Position numbers and translations under genes: made by a program | Part shown: positions 28,205-37,942 of the stretch, piece by piece | Numbering within the stretch: position 1 is the stretch's first letter | How the letters are laid out: each line of letters opens with the position of its first letter | DNA from: an uncultured Alphaproteobacteria bacterium | GTDB lineage: Bacteria; Pseudomonadota; Alphaproteobacteria; RF32; CAG-239 | Length of the DNA stretch: 63,763 nt | Direction: 5' to 3' | Assembly: GCA_947588655.1 (NCBI GenBank) | Contig: CANPYS010000005.1 | Span: 1 to 63,763 of the forward strand | The notes under the pieces: generated by a model | Database searches by the model: none | What the model saw: the letters and a program-made list of their open reading frames with translations, nothing else | Told to the model about the DNA's origin: nothing

Positions 28205-28831
28205 ATGAACAAAATTTTATTAATGGCAGGTGTTGCAACAGTTTTATTTGCTGCAAACGCCAACGCTCTTGATTTTCAACAATATGTTTCTGTTAAAGGT
28301 ACATATAATGATATGTCTAACAAAGTAAAATGGGTGGATCCCGGAGATGAGAAGGAACCTACCGGTAAAGATAAGTTAAATGATGAAGTCTTTGGCGCAG
28401 GCTTTGCTTATGGTGTTAAAACGGGTCCGGTCAGAACCGAATTGGAATTTAATTTACATCAAGATGCAAAAAGCAGAATTGCGGCAGATGATATTGATGT
28501 CAAAATGAAAAATGATTCCGTTATGTTGAACGCATACTATGACATTAACACAGGCACAAAATTTACGCCTTATGTCGGCGCAGGTCTAGGTTTTTCTCAT
28601 CAAAAAGTTAAAGCTGATGATATCAAAAAATCTTCTAACGAATTTGCATGGCAGGTTGGCGCCGGTGTTTCTTATGCCGCCACAGACAATATTTCGGTTG
28701 ATTTCGGATACAGGTATGTTGATAATGGTTCTTTTACAGTTTCACGCGAACAAGAAGGAAAAAATATGGTTAAAACAGATTTTGAATCCGAATCTAACGA
28801 ATTTTATCTTGGCGTGAGATATGCGTTTTAA
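28205..28831 (+). CDS. Outer-membrane beta-barrel protein (OmpA/opacity-like)
   Basis: Signal peptide, NAYYD...PYVGAGLG, FAWQVGAG, terminal GVRYAF. Confidence 0.9.
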   Translation: MNKILLMAGVATVLFAANANALDFQQYVSVKGTYNDMSNKVKWVDPGDEKEPTGKDKLNDEVFGAGFAYGVKTGPVRTELEFNLHQDAKSRIAADDIDVKMKNDSVMLNAYYDINTGTKFTPYVGAGLGFSHQKVKADDIKKSSNEFAWQVGAGVSYAATDNISVDFGYRYVDNGSFTVSREQEGKNMVKTDFESESNEFYLGVRYAF

Positions 28832-28880
28832 TAAATTCTGTTAGAGAACTTCGTTTCTGTTAGAGAACTTCTTTATAGGG

Positions 28881-28912
28881 GAGGGGCTTGTTTTCAAAGC
28901 CCCTCTTTTTTT
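28881..28912 (+). terminator. Intrinsic terminator
   Basis: GAGGGGCTT...AAGCCCCTC followed by a T-tract. Confidence 0.75.
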
Positions 28913-28921
28913 GTTTTGAAA

Positions 28922-29037
28922 GCGAGATAACGCGATTGTTAGCTTGCTTTGGTGCCGGCAGGCGCCGATGCAAGCGTTACAGAGCGGTGACCGAAGCGAG
29001 TTAGTTTTGCGACGAACGCAAAACTTACGAGCAAGAA
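28922..29037. repeat. Dispersed structured repeat, family A, copy 2
   Basis: Inverted homolog of 4225-4340. Confidence 0.85.
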
Positions 29038-29069
29038 TCAGGCTGTTTCATCTTTTTGCACAGACACTC

Positions 29070-29215
29070 GGAAAGCCAGATAATGAGGTGGATGGAGTGA
29101 TTTTTTGCTCAAAAGTACCGCAGTGTACGTAAAAGGTACATGAGGACACTTTTGAGCAAAAAATTGCTCTAGACGCCCATTAGATGGCTTTCCCTGCCAG
29201 CTAGACGCCTTTCCC
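29070..29215. mobile_element. RPE-1-like palindromic element plus terminal fragment of a second copy
   Basis: Ends GGAAAGCCA/TGGCTTTCC; core GTACCGCAGTGTAC...GTACATGAGGA; 29195-29215 is identical to 44261-44281. Confidence 0.75.
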
Positions 29216-30484
29216 AATCTTAGTTACATTCATATAACTCTGAAGTTTGGGAGGAATGTTGACGGTGCCGTCCTCATTCTGATGATTCTCAATGAATGGA
29301 ACAAGAACGCGAGGGGTGGCAATGCCGGTGTTGTTGAGGGTGTGGACGTAGTGAACTTTGCCATCGGTATTATCGCGATAACGTAGATTGGTGCGACGCG
29401 CTTGCCAATCGGTAATATTGGAGCAAGAGTGCGTTTCGCGATAGCAATTTTGGCTTGGCACCCAAGCTTCCAGATCATATTGACGATATTTTGGCGCGCC
29501 CATATCGCCGGTGCAAACTTCCAAAACCTGATAAGGAAGTTCCAAATCCTGTAAAATTTCTTCTGAAATTTGCAAAAGTTTTTGATGCCATTTTTCACTT
29601 TCGGCAATGGAGTCTTTACAAATAACAAATTGTTCGGTTTTCATAAACTGATGCACACGCACAAGGCCACGCGTATCTTTGCCCGCGGCGCCTGCCTCGC
29701 GGCGGAAACAGGGCGAAAAGCCGGCATAAAGCACGGGGAGTTCGTTTTCAGATAAAATTTCATCTGCACGCAGAGAGTTCAAAATCAGCTCAGCCGTGCC
29801 GGAAAGATATAAATCGTCTTCCGGCATATAATAAACTTCATCGCGCGAAAACGGCAGATAACCTTGCCCATAAAGCGGCTTTTCCTTAGAAACGGAAGGC
29901 ACGGTAATCACGGTAAAGCCCTCAGCGCGGAGCTTGTCTAAAACCATCATATGCATGGCAAGTTCAAGCTTGGCAAGCTCATTTTTAATAGCGTAAGTGC
30001 GCGAGCCTGAAACCTTGGCGATGCGCTCCATTTCCGACCAATCGTTTATTTCCATTAAGGCGATATGGTCGCGCGGTTCAAAATCAAAATGCGGAATTTT
30101 CCCAACTTTCCGGCGCACCACATTCCCCGAATCATCAGGGCCAACAGGGCTTTCGGGCGAGGGCAAATTAGGCATTTTAAGCATAAAGAGGTCAAATTCT
30201 TTTTGTTTGGCATCAAGTTGATCTTGCTCTTGCTTAAATTTTTCGCCAACGGCCTTGCTTTGCGCGATAATATTCGGGCGTTCGTCCGGCGCGGCGCTTT
30301 TAATGCTGTTGCTGAGCTTATTTTTTTCTTCCGCCAACGCCTGTGACGATGTTTTAAGCGCCGTGATTTCCTTATGAAGTTTAATCAGTGCGTCAACATC
30401 TAATTCCTCGGGCGTATAGCCTTTTTTTTGGAGCCCTTCTTTAACAAGGGCGGTATTTTCAACAATAAATTTAATATCAGGCAT
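29201..30484 (-). CDS. serS: Serine-tRNA ligase
   Basis: GTAE, FRREAG...DTRGLVRVHQF, ETHSCS, HTLNNT. Confidence 0.97.
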   Translation of the reverse strand: MPDIKFIVENTALVKEGLQKKGYTPEELDVDALIKLHKEITALKTSSQALAEEKNKLSNSIKSAAPDERPNIIAQSKAVGEKFKQEQDQLDAKQKEFDLFMLKMPNLPSPESPVGPDDSGNVVRRKVGKIPHFDFEPRDHIALMEINDWSEMERIAKVSGSRTYAIKNELAKLELAMHMMVLDKLRAEGFTVITVPSVSKEKPLYGQGYLPFSRDEVYYMPEDDLYLSGTAELILNSLRADEILSENELPVLYAGFSPCFRREAGAAGKDTRGLVRVHQFMKTEQFVICKDSIAESEKWHQKLLQISEEILQDLELPYQVLEVCTGDMGAPKYRQYDLEAWVPSQNCYRETHSCSNITDWQARRTNLRYRDNTDGKVHYVHTLNNTGIATPRVLVPFIENHQNEDGTVNIPPKLQSYMNVTKIGKGV

Positions 30485-30539
30485 AGCTTAACTCTTTCAA
30501 AAAAATTCTTTTTCTAAAATACAAGTTTTATCATAAAAA

Positions 30540-31211
30540 TCAACGACTATTTTTGAATAAAAAATTTTGAACAAAAACATCTGCGGCGGCAATTTCTTCT
30601 TGAGCGTTCATTTCAGAAGTGTCCAAACAGATAGCATCTGGCGCGGCTTTAAGCGGCGCGCTTGCGCGTTCGGAGTCGCGTTTATCGCGTTCTTTAATTT
30701 CGCCCAAAACTTTTTCAAGCGATGTTTTAATCCCTTTTGCAACAAATTCTTTGTAGCGCCGCATTGCGCGCACTTCAGGATTCGCCGTCACAAAAAACTT
30801 AATATCCGCTGAGGGGCAAACAACTGTACCTGTGTCGCGACCGTCATAAACCGCGCCTTTAGCAGGCGTGCCGTCTGCAAAAACAGGGTTTAGCGCAAAA
30901 TCTTGTTGCATTTTCAAAAGCGCGGCGCGCACTTTAGGCAAAGCCGAAACCTTAGAGGCGGCCTGTGCGCCCACATTAGAGCGAAAATCAGGATGTTTGG
31001 AAAGTTCGGACATTTTTTCAAAAGTCAGATTTTGAGCATATTTTTCAGCCGTTGTTTCATCATCAACCGAAACGCCTGTTAAAACCATTTCAAGCCCCAC
31101 TGCCCGATAAACCATGCCTGTATCAAAATAAGCAAGCTCATATTTTTTAGAAAGTGCGGTGGCAAGCGTACCTTTGCCGGCGGCGGCCGGCCCGTCAATT
31201 GTGATAATCAT
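30540..31211 (-). CDS. cmk: Cytidylate kinase
   Basis: IDGPAAAGKGT, DTGMVYR, DGRDTGT, ERDKRD. Confidence 0.95.
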   Translation of the reverse strand: MIITIDGPAAAGKGTLATALSKKYELAYFDTGMVYRAVGLEMVLTGVSVDDETTAEKYAQNLTFEKMSELSKHPDFRSNVGAQAASKVSALPKVRAALLKMQQDFALNPVFADGTPAKGAVYDGRDTGTVVCPSADIKFFVTANPEVRAMRRYKEFVAKGIKTSLEKVLGEIKERDKRDSERASAPLKAAPDAICLDTSEMNAQEEIAAADVFVQNFLFKNSR

Positions 31212-31312
31212 TTTTATCCCTCAACATGTTAGACGTTATGTATTCATTAACACATATTTGTTACAATGTAACCCATAATTTAATTTATACATAGTTTTTT
31301 GAGGTCAAGCCC

Positions 31313-32047
31313 GTGAGTGAAAAGAACCGCATACGCCTTTATACCAACGCCAAACTTTTTGAAAACGCCAATATTGAGTTAAACCCTCTTCAAGCGCACT
31401 ATTTGAACACTGTTCTAAGGCTTTCAACAGGGGACAAAGTTTATGTATTTAACAACATATCGGGCGAGTTTGAAACCACAATCACAAAAATTGGCAAAAA
31501 AAACTGCGCTTTGAAAGTCTTAAGAAAAATCGCCGATTACACCCCCTGCCCTGATATTATGCTTTTGTTTGCGCCACTTAAAAAAGACGCCACAGAATAC
31601 CTTATTCAAAAGGCGGTGGAGCTTGGCGTTTCGGTTTTGCAACCTGTGATAACCGAATACACCAACACCAAAATTTTTCGTGAACAAAGGGCGTTATCTT
31701 GCGTTATTGAGGCGGCGGAGCAATCGCGGCGCACGGATTTACCTAAAATTTTACCCTTAAAGCCTTTAAGCGAAATTCTTTCACATTGGGATAACAAACG
31801 CGCCCTCATTTACCTTGATGAAACAGGCAGCGGGCAATCTTTTTCCACTGCCGCACCCAAGGCTGTTGCGCCCGCGGCATTACTTGTAGGACCCGAGGGT
31901 GGATTTTCTGAAAAAGAACTAGCGTTTTTAAAAAAACAGAATTATAGTATAGGCGTAAGCTTAGGCAAGCGCATCTTACGCGCTGAAACAGCCGCAGCGG
32001 CGGGGCTAGCGTGCTGGCAAGCGCTTTGTGGCGATTGGTTATCATAA
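31313..32047 (+). CDS. rsmE: 16S rRNA m3U1498 methyltransferase
   Basis: QKAVELGV, EAAEQS, VGPEGGF, LGKRILRAETA. Confidence 0.95.
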   Translation: MSEKNRIRLYTNAKLFENANIELNPLQAHYLNTVLRLSTGDKVYVFNNISGEFETTITKIGKKNCALKVLRKIADYTPCPDIMLLFAPLKKDATEYLIQKAVELGVSVLQPVITEYTNTKIFREQRALSCVIEAAEQSRRTDLPKILPLKPLSEILSHWDNKRALIYLDETGSGQSFSTAAPKAVAPAALLVGPEGGFSEKELAFLKKQNYSIGVSLGKRILRAETAAAAGLACWQALCGDWLS

Positions 32048-32062
32048 AAAACGGAGCAAGCA

Positions 32063-32767
32063 ATGGTCAACTTGATTAACATTTCAAAAATTACCAAAAT
32101 TCCCTCTTACATCACGGAAGTTTACGGCAATTTATATCAAAAAGGCAAATTGGCCGATTTTTTGGATAACGACCGCGTATTGGCATTTTTAACCTTAGGC
32201 GCGCGCAAAAAACTTGTTCAAGACGTTGTCCGCGAGGTTGCGCCAAACAGCGCCGTATTGCAAATTGGTTGCACGTTTGGCTCTGAAATTGAGGCGGTGG
32301 CGGATAAAATCACGCCTTACGGACAGTTTGATGTTTTTGATGTCTGCCCCGAACAAATCAAACGTTGCCGCCACAAAACAATTTATCAAAAAATCAATTA
32401 CGAGGTCTTTGACGGACGACGCGCTTTAAGCCAAAAGTATGATACCATTGTTTTGTTTATGCTTTTGCACGAAGTACCACCCGCAAGCAAAGGAAAAATC
32501 TTAAACAACGCGCTTGATAACGTGGTAACAGGCGGCAAGGTTGTGATTATAGATTACGCTATGCCTTCAAAATTTAATCCGCTTTGGTATTTTATCAGGG
32601 CTTTCAACCGGCTTTATCAGCCTTTTGCGGAAGATATGTGGAAACGTTCGGTTCAAAGCTACGCGCTCAATCCCAAAGATTTCAACTGGCGGCGCACTTT
32701 TTATCGGGGCGGCATGTATCAAAAAGTTGTTGCCACACGCAAAACTGCCGAACACAAGCATGATTAA
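32063..32767 (+). CDS. rquA: Rhodoquinone biosynthesis protein RquA
   Basis: IPSYITEVY N-terminus, atypical SAM motif LQIGCTFG, DVCPEQI, FMLLHEVP, GGKVVIIDY, NPL. Confidence 0.75.
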   Translation: MVNLINISKITKIPSYITEVYGNLYQKGKLADFLDNDRVLAFLTLGARKKLVQDVVREVAPNSAVLQIGCTFGSEIEAVADKITPYGQFDVFDVCPEQIKRCRHKTIYQKINYEVFDGRRALSQKYDTIVLFMLLHEVPPASKGKILNNALDNVVTGGKVVIIDYAMPSKFNPLWYFIRAFNRLYQPFAEDMWKRSVQSYALNPKDFNWRRTFYRGGMYQKVVATRKTAEHKHD

Positions 32768-32824
32768 AAAAACTTGATTTTTTAAAAATTTTATGATACA
32801 CTATAAGAAATGCGGAGAAGACAA

Positions 32825-33286
32825 ATGAGATTAATATTTTTATTCATAATGCTTTTAGCCGCTCCGGCATATGCTCAAATATGCACGCAAAGCAATACGG
32901 GCACAGAAGGTTGCAACGCTTTGGGTTACACACAAACAAAGAACGATTGCATAGATTCTGAAGGCAAAAGCATCGGTGGCATTGCCTGTCCGTTTGACAG
33001 CTCAAAGTGGATTTGTAGCCCTTGGAAATGCTCTGACGGCCGCTATTCTGATTCTCCGACAAAAGAAGGCTACACTTGTTACAAAACAATATTTAAAAAG
33101 ATCACCTGTTACGATTGCATTAAAGACTGCGTCGCCCCTGAAATTGACTACGACACCTGTTGGGGCGGTCGTTTTATGAAAGTCATAACCGAATGTGAAG
33201 AGCAAGGCTACACCGATTTGCCCGAAAGTTGCGACAACTATCTGCGTTGCCCGTCTGATTACACCAAAATCCGTTGTATCGGCTGA
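32825..33286 (+). CDS. Secreted Cys-rich protein
   Basis: Signal peptide; two CxxxGYT...C...CP[FS]D..K..C modules. Confidence 0.7.
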   Translation: MRLIFLFIMLLAAPAYAQICTQSNTGTEGCNALGYTQTKNDCIDSEGKSIGGIACPFDSSKWICSPWKCSDGRYSDSPTKEGYTCYKTIFKKITCYDCIKDCVAPEIDYDTCWGGRFMKVITECEEQGYTDLPESCDNYLRCPSDYTKIRCIG

Positions 33287-33368
33287 TTTTTCCGTATATA
33301 TCTTTTAAAAAACACTTTTGAATCTGCGCAAAAGTAATATAATCTGCCATTATATGTGAAAGAACACA

Positions 33369-36300
33369 ATGCAAGATCCTAAATTTATACATCTGCGCGT
33401 ACATACAGCGTATTCTTTATCTGAGGGCGCAATGCTTGTGCCAACGCTCATTCACAAACTGCGCGAGCAAAACATTCCGGCAATTGCTATCACAGATACG
33501 GCGAATATGTTTGGCGCAAAGGCTTTCTCCACTTATGCCGCAAACGAAGGTATTAAGCCAATTTTAGGGTGCCAATTTAATGTTCGCAACCCCGATTCGG
33601 ACAATTTGCTCAAATCCAAAGGCAAGCCCCTGCCCTTAGACAAGCTTGTTTTGCTTGTGATGAACGAAACGGGCTATAAAAACATTATGAAGCTGATGAA
33701 AATCTTTTACCTTGACAACACCGCGCAAGGCGATGAACCTCAGCTCAAAATCTCTGATTTAGAAACTTATAACGAGGGGCTGATTGCCCTTTCTGCCGGC
33801 ACGCAAGGGGCTGTCGGACGGCTGATTTTGGAAAACCGCCTGAAAGATGCCGAGCAAATGCTCTTAAAACTCGCCGATATTTTTAAAAACCGCTTTTATG
33901 TAGAAATTTCACGCATTGGCACGCCTGAAGAGGCAAAAACCGAGCAACTTTTTTTAGATTATGCCTTTAAGCACAATCTGCCGATTGTTGCCACCAACGA
34001 GGCGTTTTTCTTTGACGCGGATATGTATGAGGCGCACGATGCCTTGGTTTGCGTGGCAATGGTGGAATATGTGGCGAACGAAAATCGCAAACATTTTTCG
34101 CCCAACAATCGTTTGCGTTCCGAGGCAGAAATGTTAGAGCTTTTTAAAGACCTGCCCGAGGCGGTAATGAACACCGTTCAAATTGCTAAACGATGCAATT
34201 ATCTTTCTGAAAAAGTCAAACCTTTGTTGCCAATTTTTGAATGTCCTGACGGCAAAACGCAAGAAGAATATATTGATGAGCAAGCGCACAAAGGGCTTGC
34301 TGAGCGGATGCAAAAGCACGTTTATTTTGAGGGTATGACCGCCGAGCAAAAGGCTGAAATTGATAAAAAATATTATGAACGTTTGGAATATGAACTGAGC
34401 GTGATTAAGCGCATGGGTTTCCCCGGCTATTTTTTAATTGTGTCTGATTTTATTCGTTGGTCAAAAGGGCATGGCGTGCCGGTTGGGCCGGGGCGTGGTT
34501 CGGGCGCGGGTTCTATTGTGGCGTGGTCACTATACATCACGGAGCTTGACCCGATTAAGCTGGACTTGCTTTTTGAGCGCTTTTTAAACCCCGATCGCGT
34601 GAACATGCCTGATTTTGACGTTGACTTTTGCCAAGAAAACCGCGCCAAAACCATTGAATATGTGCAGAACAAATACGGCTTTGACCATGTGGCACAAATC
34701 ATCACTTACGGAAAGCTCCAGTCTAAGGCGGTTATTCGTGATGTGGCGCGCGTTTTGCAAATGCCTTATGCCGAGGCGGATAAAATTTCCAAGATGATTC
34801 CAATGCCGGTGCAGGGCAAAAATATGAGCTTAAAAGAATCGCTTGAACAAGTCCCCGAGCTTGAAGAAATGCGCCAAAACGATCCGCGTGTGAACAAGCT
34901 TTTTGACATTGCCATGAAGCTTGAGGGGCTTTACAGACATTCGGGCGTGCATGCTGCGGGCGTTGTGATTGGCGATCGCCCGCTTGACGAGCTTGTGCCA
35001 CTTTATAAAGATCCGCGCGCGGATATGCCTGTCACGCAGTACGATATGAAATATGTTGAAGAAACGGGGCTGATTAAGTTTGACTTTTTGGGCTTAAAGA
35101 CGCTGACCGTTATCAAAAAGGCGGTGGATTGGATTAAAAAAATTCATAACGTTGACTTAGACATTGACGCCGTACCACTTGATGACAAACCCACTTACGA
35201 ACTGATGCAAAGAGGCGATACGGCGGCGGTTTTCCAATTTGAATCGGCGGGTATGAAGGACGTTCACAAGCAAATCAAGCCCGACCGCTTTGAGGATTTA
35301 ATCGCGATTGTTTCGCTTTACCGCCCAGGGCCAATGGATAACATTCCAACTTACATCAAACGCAAGCACGGCGAGGAAGAAATTACTTATTTGCACCCGA
35401 GCTTAGCGCCAATTTTAGATGAAACTTACGGGATTATGGTTTACCAAGAGCAAGTGATGCAAATTGCGCGCGCTTTAGGTGGCTACACAATGGGCGAGGC
35501 CGACAAGCTCCGCAAAGTGATGGGCAAAAAGCAACGTGAAGAAATTCCCAAACAGCGTGAAAAATTTACCAAAGGCGCTATTGCAAACGGCATTTCCGAA
35601 GATGTCGCGAAAAATATTTTTGATCAAATGGAAAAATTTGCCTCGTACGGTTTTAACAAATCGCACGCCGCGGCATATTCCCTCATTTCATATCAAACAG
35701 CGTATTTAAAAACGCATTATCCCGTAGAATTTATGACCGCGGTAATGGATTTAGATATGACAAACGTTGATAAATTGGCGTTTTTCACGGCGGAATGCAA
35801 GGCGGCGGGTATCAAGATTTTACCGCCCGACATCAACGCTTCCGGCGCGGATTTCAGGGTTGAAAACGGGGGCATTCGTTACGCTTTGGGCGCAGTCAAG
35901 AGCGTTGGCGAGGCGGTTATGCGCAATGTCGTTGCCGAGCGCGAATTGAACGGTGTATTTAAAGACATTTCTGATTTTTGCCACCGCGTTGACATTCGCT
36001 TTATCAATCGCAAGCAGTTAGAACAGCTGATAAAAGCCGGCGCGTTTGATTGCTTGGATAAAAATCGCGGCAAGCTTTTTGCCAACATTGAAACCATTAT
36101 GCAAAACATTTATGCCTCAACCGAAGTTAAGACCAGCGAGCAGAAGTCGCTTTTTGGGGCGGAAGAGCTTTCAAGCAAAATCAAACTCAAAGACATCCCC
36201 GACTGGCCCATGCTTGAAAAAATGCGTTATGAGGCGGAATCTATCGGGTTTTATCTTTCGGGACACCCCTTAGACGGCTATCGCGAAAGCATTAAAAAAC

Positions 36301-36842
36301 TTGGCGTGACCGATAGCGCTCATATTTTAAGTAACATTCAGCCTGGCGATAGGCTTCAACTTAATGCCGCCGTGTGTGTAGAGAGCTTTCAAAAGCGCTT
36401 GAGTAAACAAGGCAACCGCTACGCCTTTGTTAATTTTTCCGATTCGTTTGGCTCTTTTGAGGGGATGATTTTTTCAGAAGGCATTGCCAAGTACGAGGGC
36501 ATTTTAACCTCGGGCGAACCAGTGCTTGTTAAAATCACCGCCGAGCAAACCAACGATTCGCGGCCACGGATTTTGATAAACAGCGTCAAAACGCTAGATT
36601 CCGCTATTGCCGAGCAAGCACGCGGGTTGCAAATTTTTGTTTCAGACGCGCGGGCGCTTGCGCCGATACATCAAATCTTAAGTCGGGATAAAAAAGGCGC
36701 GCGCAAGGTATATATCATTCCGCAAATACCTGATTGGGATGTTCAGATTGTTTTGCCCGACACTTACGCCTTTTTAGACACGTCGCTCATAAGCAATCTA
36801 AAAGCCGTTTCAGGCGTGATTGATGTAAAGGAGATTTCATGA
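33369..36842 (+). CDS. dnaE: DNA polymerase III alpha subunit
   Basis: HLRVHTAYSL, GPGRGSGAGS, PDFDVDF, YGFNKSH. Confidence 0.98.
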   Translation: MQDPKFIHLRVHTAYSLSEGAMLVPTLIHKLREQNIPAIAITDTANMFGAKAFSTYAANEGIKPILGCQFNVRNPDSDNLLKSKGKPLPLDKLVLLVMNETGYKNIMKLMKIFYLDNTAQGDEPQLKISDLETYNEGLIALSAGTQGAVGRLILENRLKDAEQMLLKLADIFKNRFYVEISRIGTPEEAKTEQLFLDYAFKHNLPIVATNEAFFFDADMYEAHDALVCVAMVEYVANENRKHFSPNNRLRSEAEMLELFKDLPEAVMNTVQIAKRCNYLSEKVKPLLPIFECPDGKTQEEYIDEQAHKGLAERMQKHVYFEGMTAEQKAEIDKKYYERLEYELSVIKRMGFPGYFLIVSDFIRWSKGHGVPVGPGRGSGAGSIVAWSLYITELDPIKLDLLFERFLNPDRVNMPDFDVDFCQENRAKTIEYVQNKYGFDHVAQIITYGKLQSKAVIRDVARVLQMPYAEADKISKMIPMPVQGKNMSLKESLEQVPELEEMRQNDPRVNKLFDIAMKLEGLYRHSGVHAAGVVIGDRPLDELVPLYKDPRADMPVTQYDMKYVEETGLIKFDFLGLKTLTVIKKAVDWIKKIHNVDLDIDAVPLDDKPTYELMQRGDTAAVFQFESAGMKDVHKQIKPDRFEDLIAIVSLYRPGPMDNIPTYIKRKHGEEEITYLHPSLAPILDETYGIMVYQEQVMQIARALGGYTMGEADKLRKVMGKKQREEIPKQREKFTKGAIANGISEDVAKNIFDQMEKFASYGFNKSHAAAYSLISYQTAYLKTHYPVEFMTAVMDLDMTNVDKLAFFTAECKAAGIKILPPDINASGADFRVENGGIRYALGAVKSVGEAVMRNVVAERELNGVFKDISDFCHRVDIRFINRKQLEQLIKAGAFDCLDKNRGKLFANIETIMQNIYASTEVKTSEQKSLFGAEELSSKIKLKDIPDWPMLEKMRYEAESIGFYLSGHPLDGYRESIKKLGVTDSAHILSNIQPGDRLQLNAAVCVESFQKRLSKQGNRYAFVNFSDSFGSFEGMIFSEGIAKYEGILTSGEPVLVKITAEQTNDSRPRILINSVKTLDSAIAEQARGLQIFVSDARALAPIHQILSRDKKGARKVYIIPQIPDWDVQIVLPDTYAFLDTSLISNLKAVSGVIDVKEIS

Positions 36843-37645
36843 AAAAGCAAAAAATGAACACTGTATTTAAAGAAAATCTGCCAATGCGCGAAAAACCAAA
36901 ATACAGTGTATTTAAAGCAATCTTAAATCCTTTTAATCAAATTTCAGATAATCTGATATTTTTTGTGATATTGGCGCTTATTTTTACGCTCATTTTAAGT
37001 GGCTTGACTTATTTTTACAAAGCGGTTTTTGCCGCGCAAACCACGCCTGAAACCACGGGCGAGCTTTGGAATGAGGGCATAAGGCTTGGGCTTTATATTT
37101 TAACCAAGTTGCTAATTTTAGCGGTGTTTTTGCGTTGCTGGACAGATGCTTCCGCGCAAGATAAAGATCTTTTGATGAATGTTAAGAAAACGCTTGCTGA
37201 CATTTTCAAAATATACGCGGTTATTTTAGTTTTTTTGGTTATCAACGCTTTGCCGGCGTTTTCATCTTTTGCCTTGTTTATACGAACGCCAAACCCCAAC
37301 TGGTTGCTTGAGTTAGCTTATTTCACGTTTATAAGCTTAGGTTTTGTCGCGCCGTTTGTTTTAATGCGCTTTTACGGCGGTTTTGGCGCAATTTTGGAAG
37401 GGCAACCAACATCGCTAGGCAATTTTTGGATATTAACGCGGGGTTACGCCTACAAAATTATATTATCCGCGGCGCTTTTTTATACGCTGATTTTGGTGCT
37501 TTTCATTGGTTTTGGTGGCATAAAAACCGCTCAAACTGTGGCGGACACGTTGTTTTCAAACTTTGCCGTGCTTTTAATTGGCGCTTTAACGGCGGGCTTT
37601 ATGCGCACGCAACACGCTATATTTTCAGCGCAAAAGAGCGTTTGA
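36839..37645 (+). CDS. Hypothetical multi-pass membrane protein
   Basis: About six hydrophobic segments; ATGA overlap with dnaE. Confidence 0.7.
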   Translation: MKKQKMNTVFKENLPMREKPKYSVFKAILNPFNQISDNLIFFVILALIFTLILSGLTYFYKAVFAAQTTPETTGELWNEGIRLGLYILTKLLILAVFLRCWTDASAQDKDLLMNVKKTLADIFKIYAVILVFLVINALPAFSSFALFIRTPNPNWLLELAYFTFISLGFVAPFVLMRFYGGFGAILEGQPTSLGNFWILTRGYAYKIILSAALFYTLILVLFIGFGGIKTAQTVADTLFSNFAVLLIGALTAGFMRTQHAIFSAQKSV

Positions 37646-37693
37646 CTTTTACCCTCAAATCTGATATGATGTTTTTATGACATGGGAGGGAAA

Positions 37694-37942
37694 ATGAGCA
37701 AAGCATTAAACAAAGTTGTCGGTGCAACACTCGTTACCGCGGGCGTTGCGGCAAAATTGGGGCAATGGGGGCTTTCGGTAGCGCGCGTTGTTGGCAACGG
37801 CGCGACAGGCTTGGCGGCGGAGTTTGTCGGCAAGGGCGGCAACCTCAAATTGGGCGATACGATTGTTTCAAACATGCACGGACAAGTCAAAAAACTAAGC
37901 GCCTGGTTTTTTAAAAAGGGCAAAAATTTTTGGAGCCGCTAA
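37694..37942 (+). CDS. Hypothetical Gly-rich protein
   Basis: GGGAGG RBS; TTGACT promoter upstream. Confidence 0.6.
   Translation: MSKALNKVVGATLVTAGVAAKLGQWGLSVARVVGNGATGLAAEFVGKGGNLKLGDTIVSNMHGQVKKLSAWFFKKGKNFWSR

Noticed and set aside
28944-29132. 62-aa ORF
   Set aside because: Lies entirely within non-coding repeat elements
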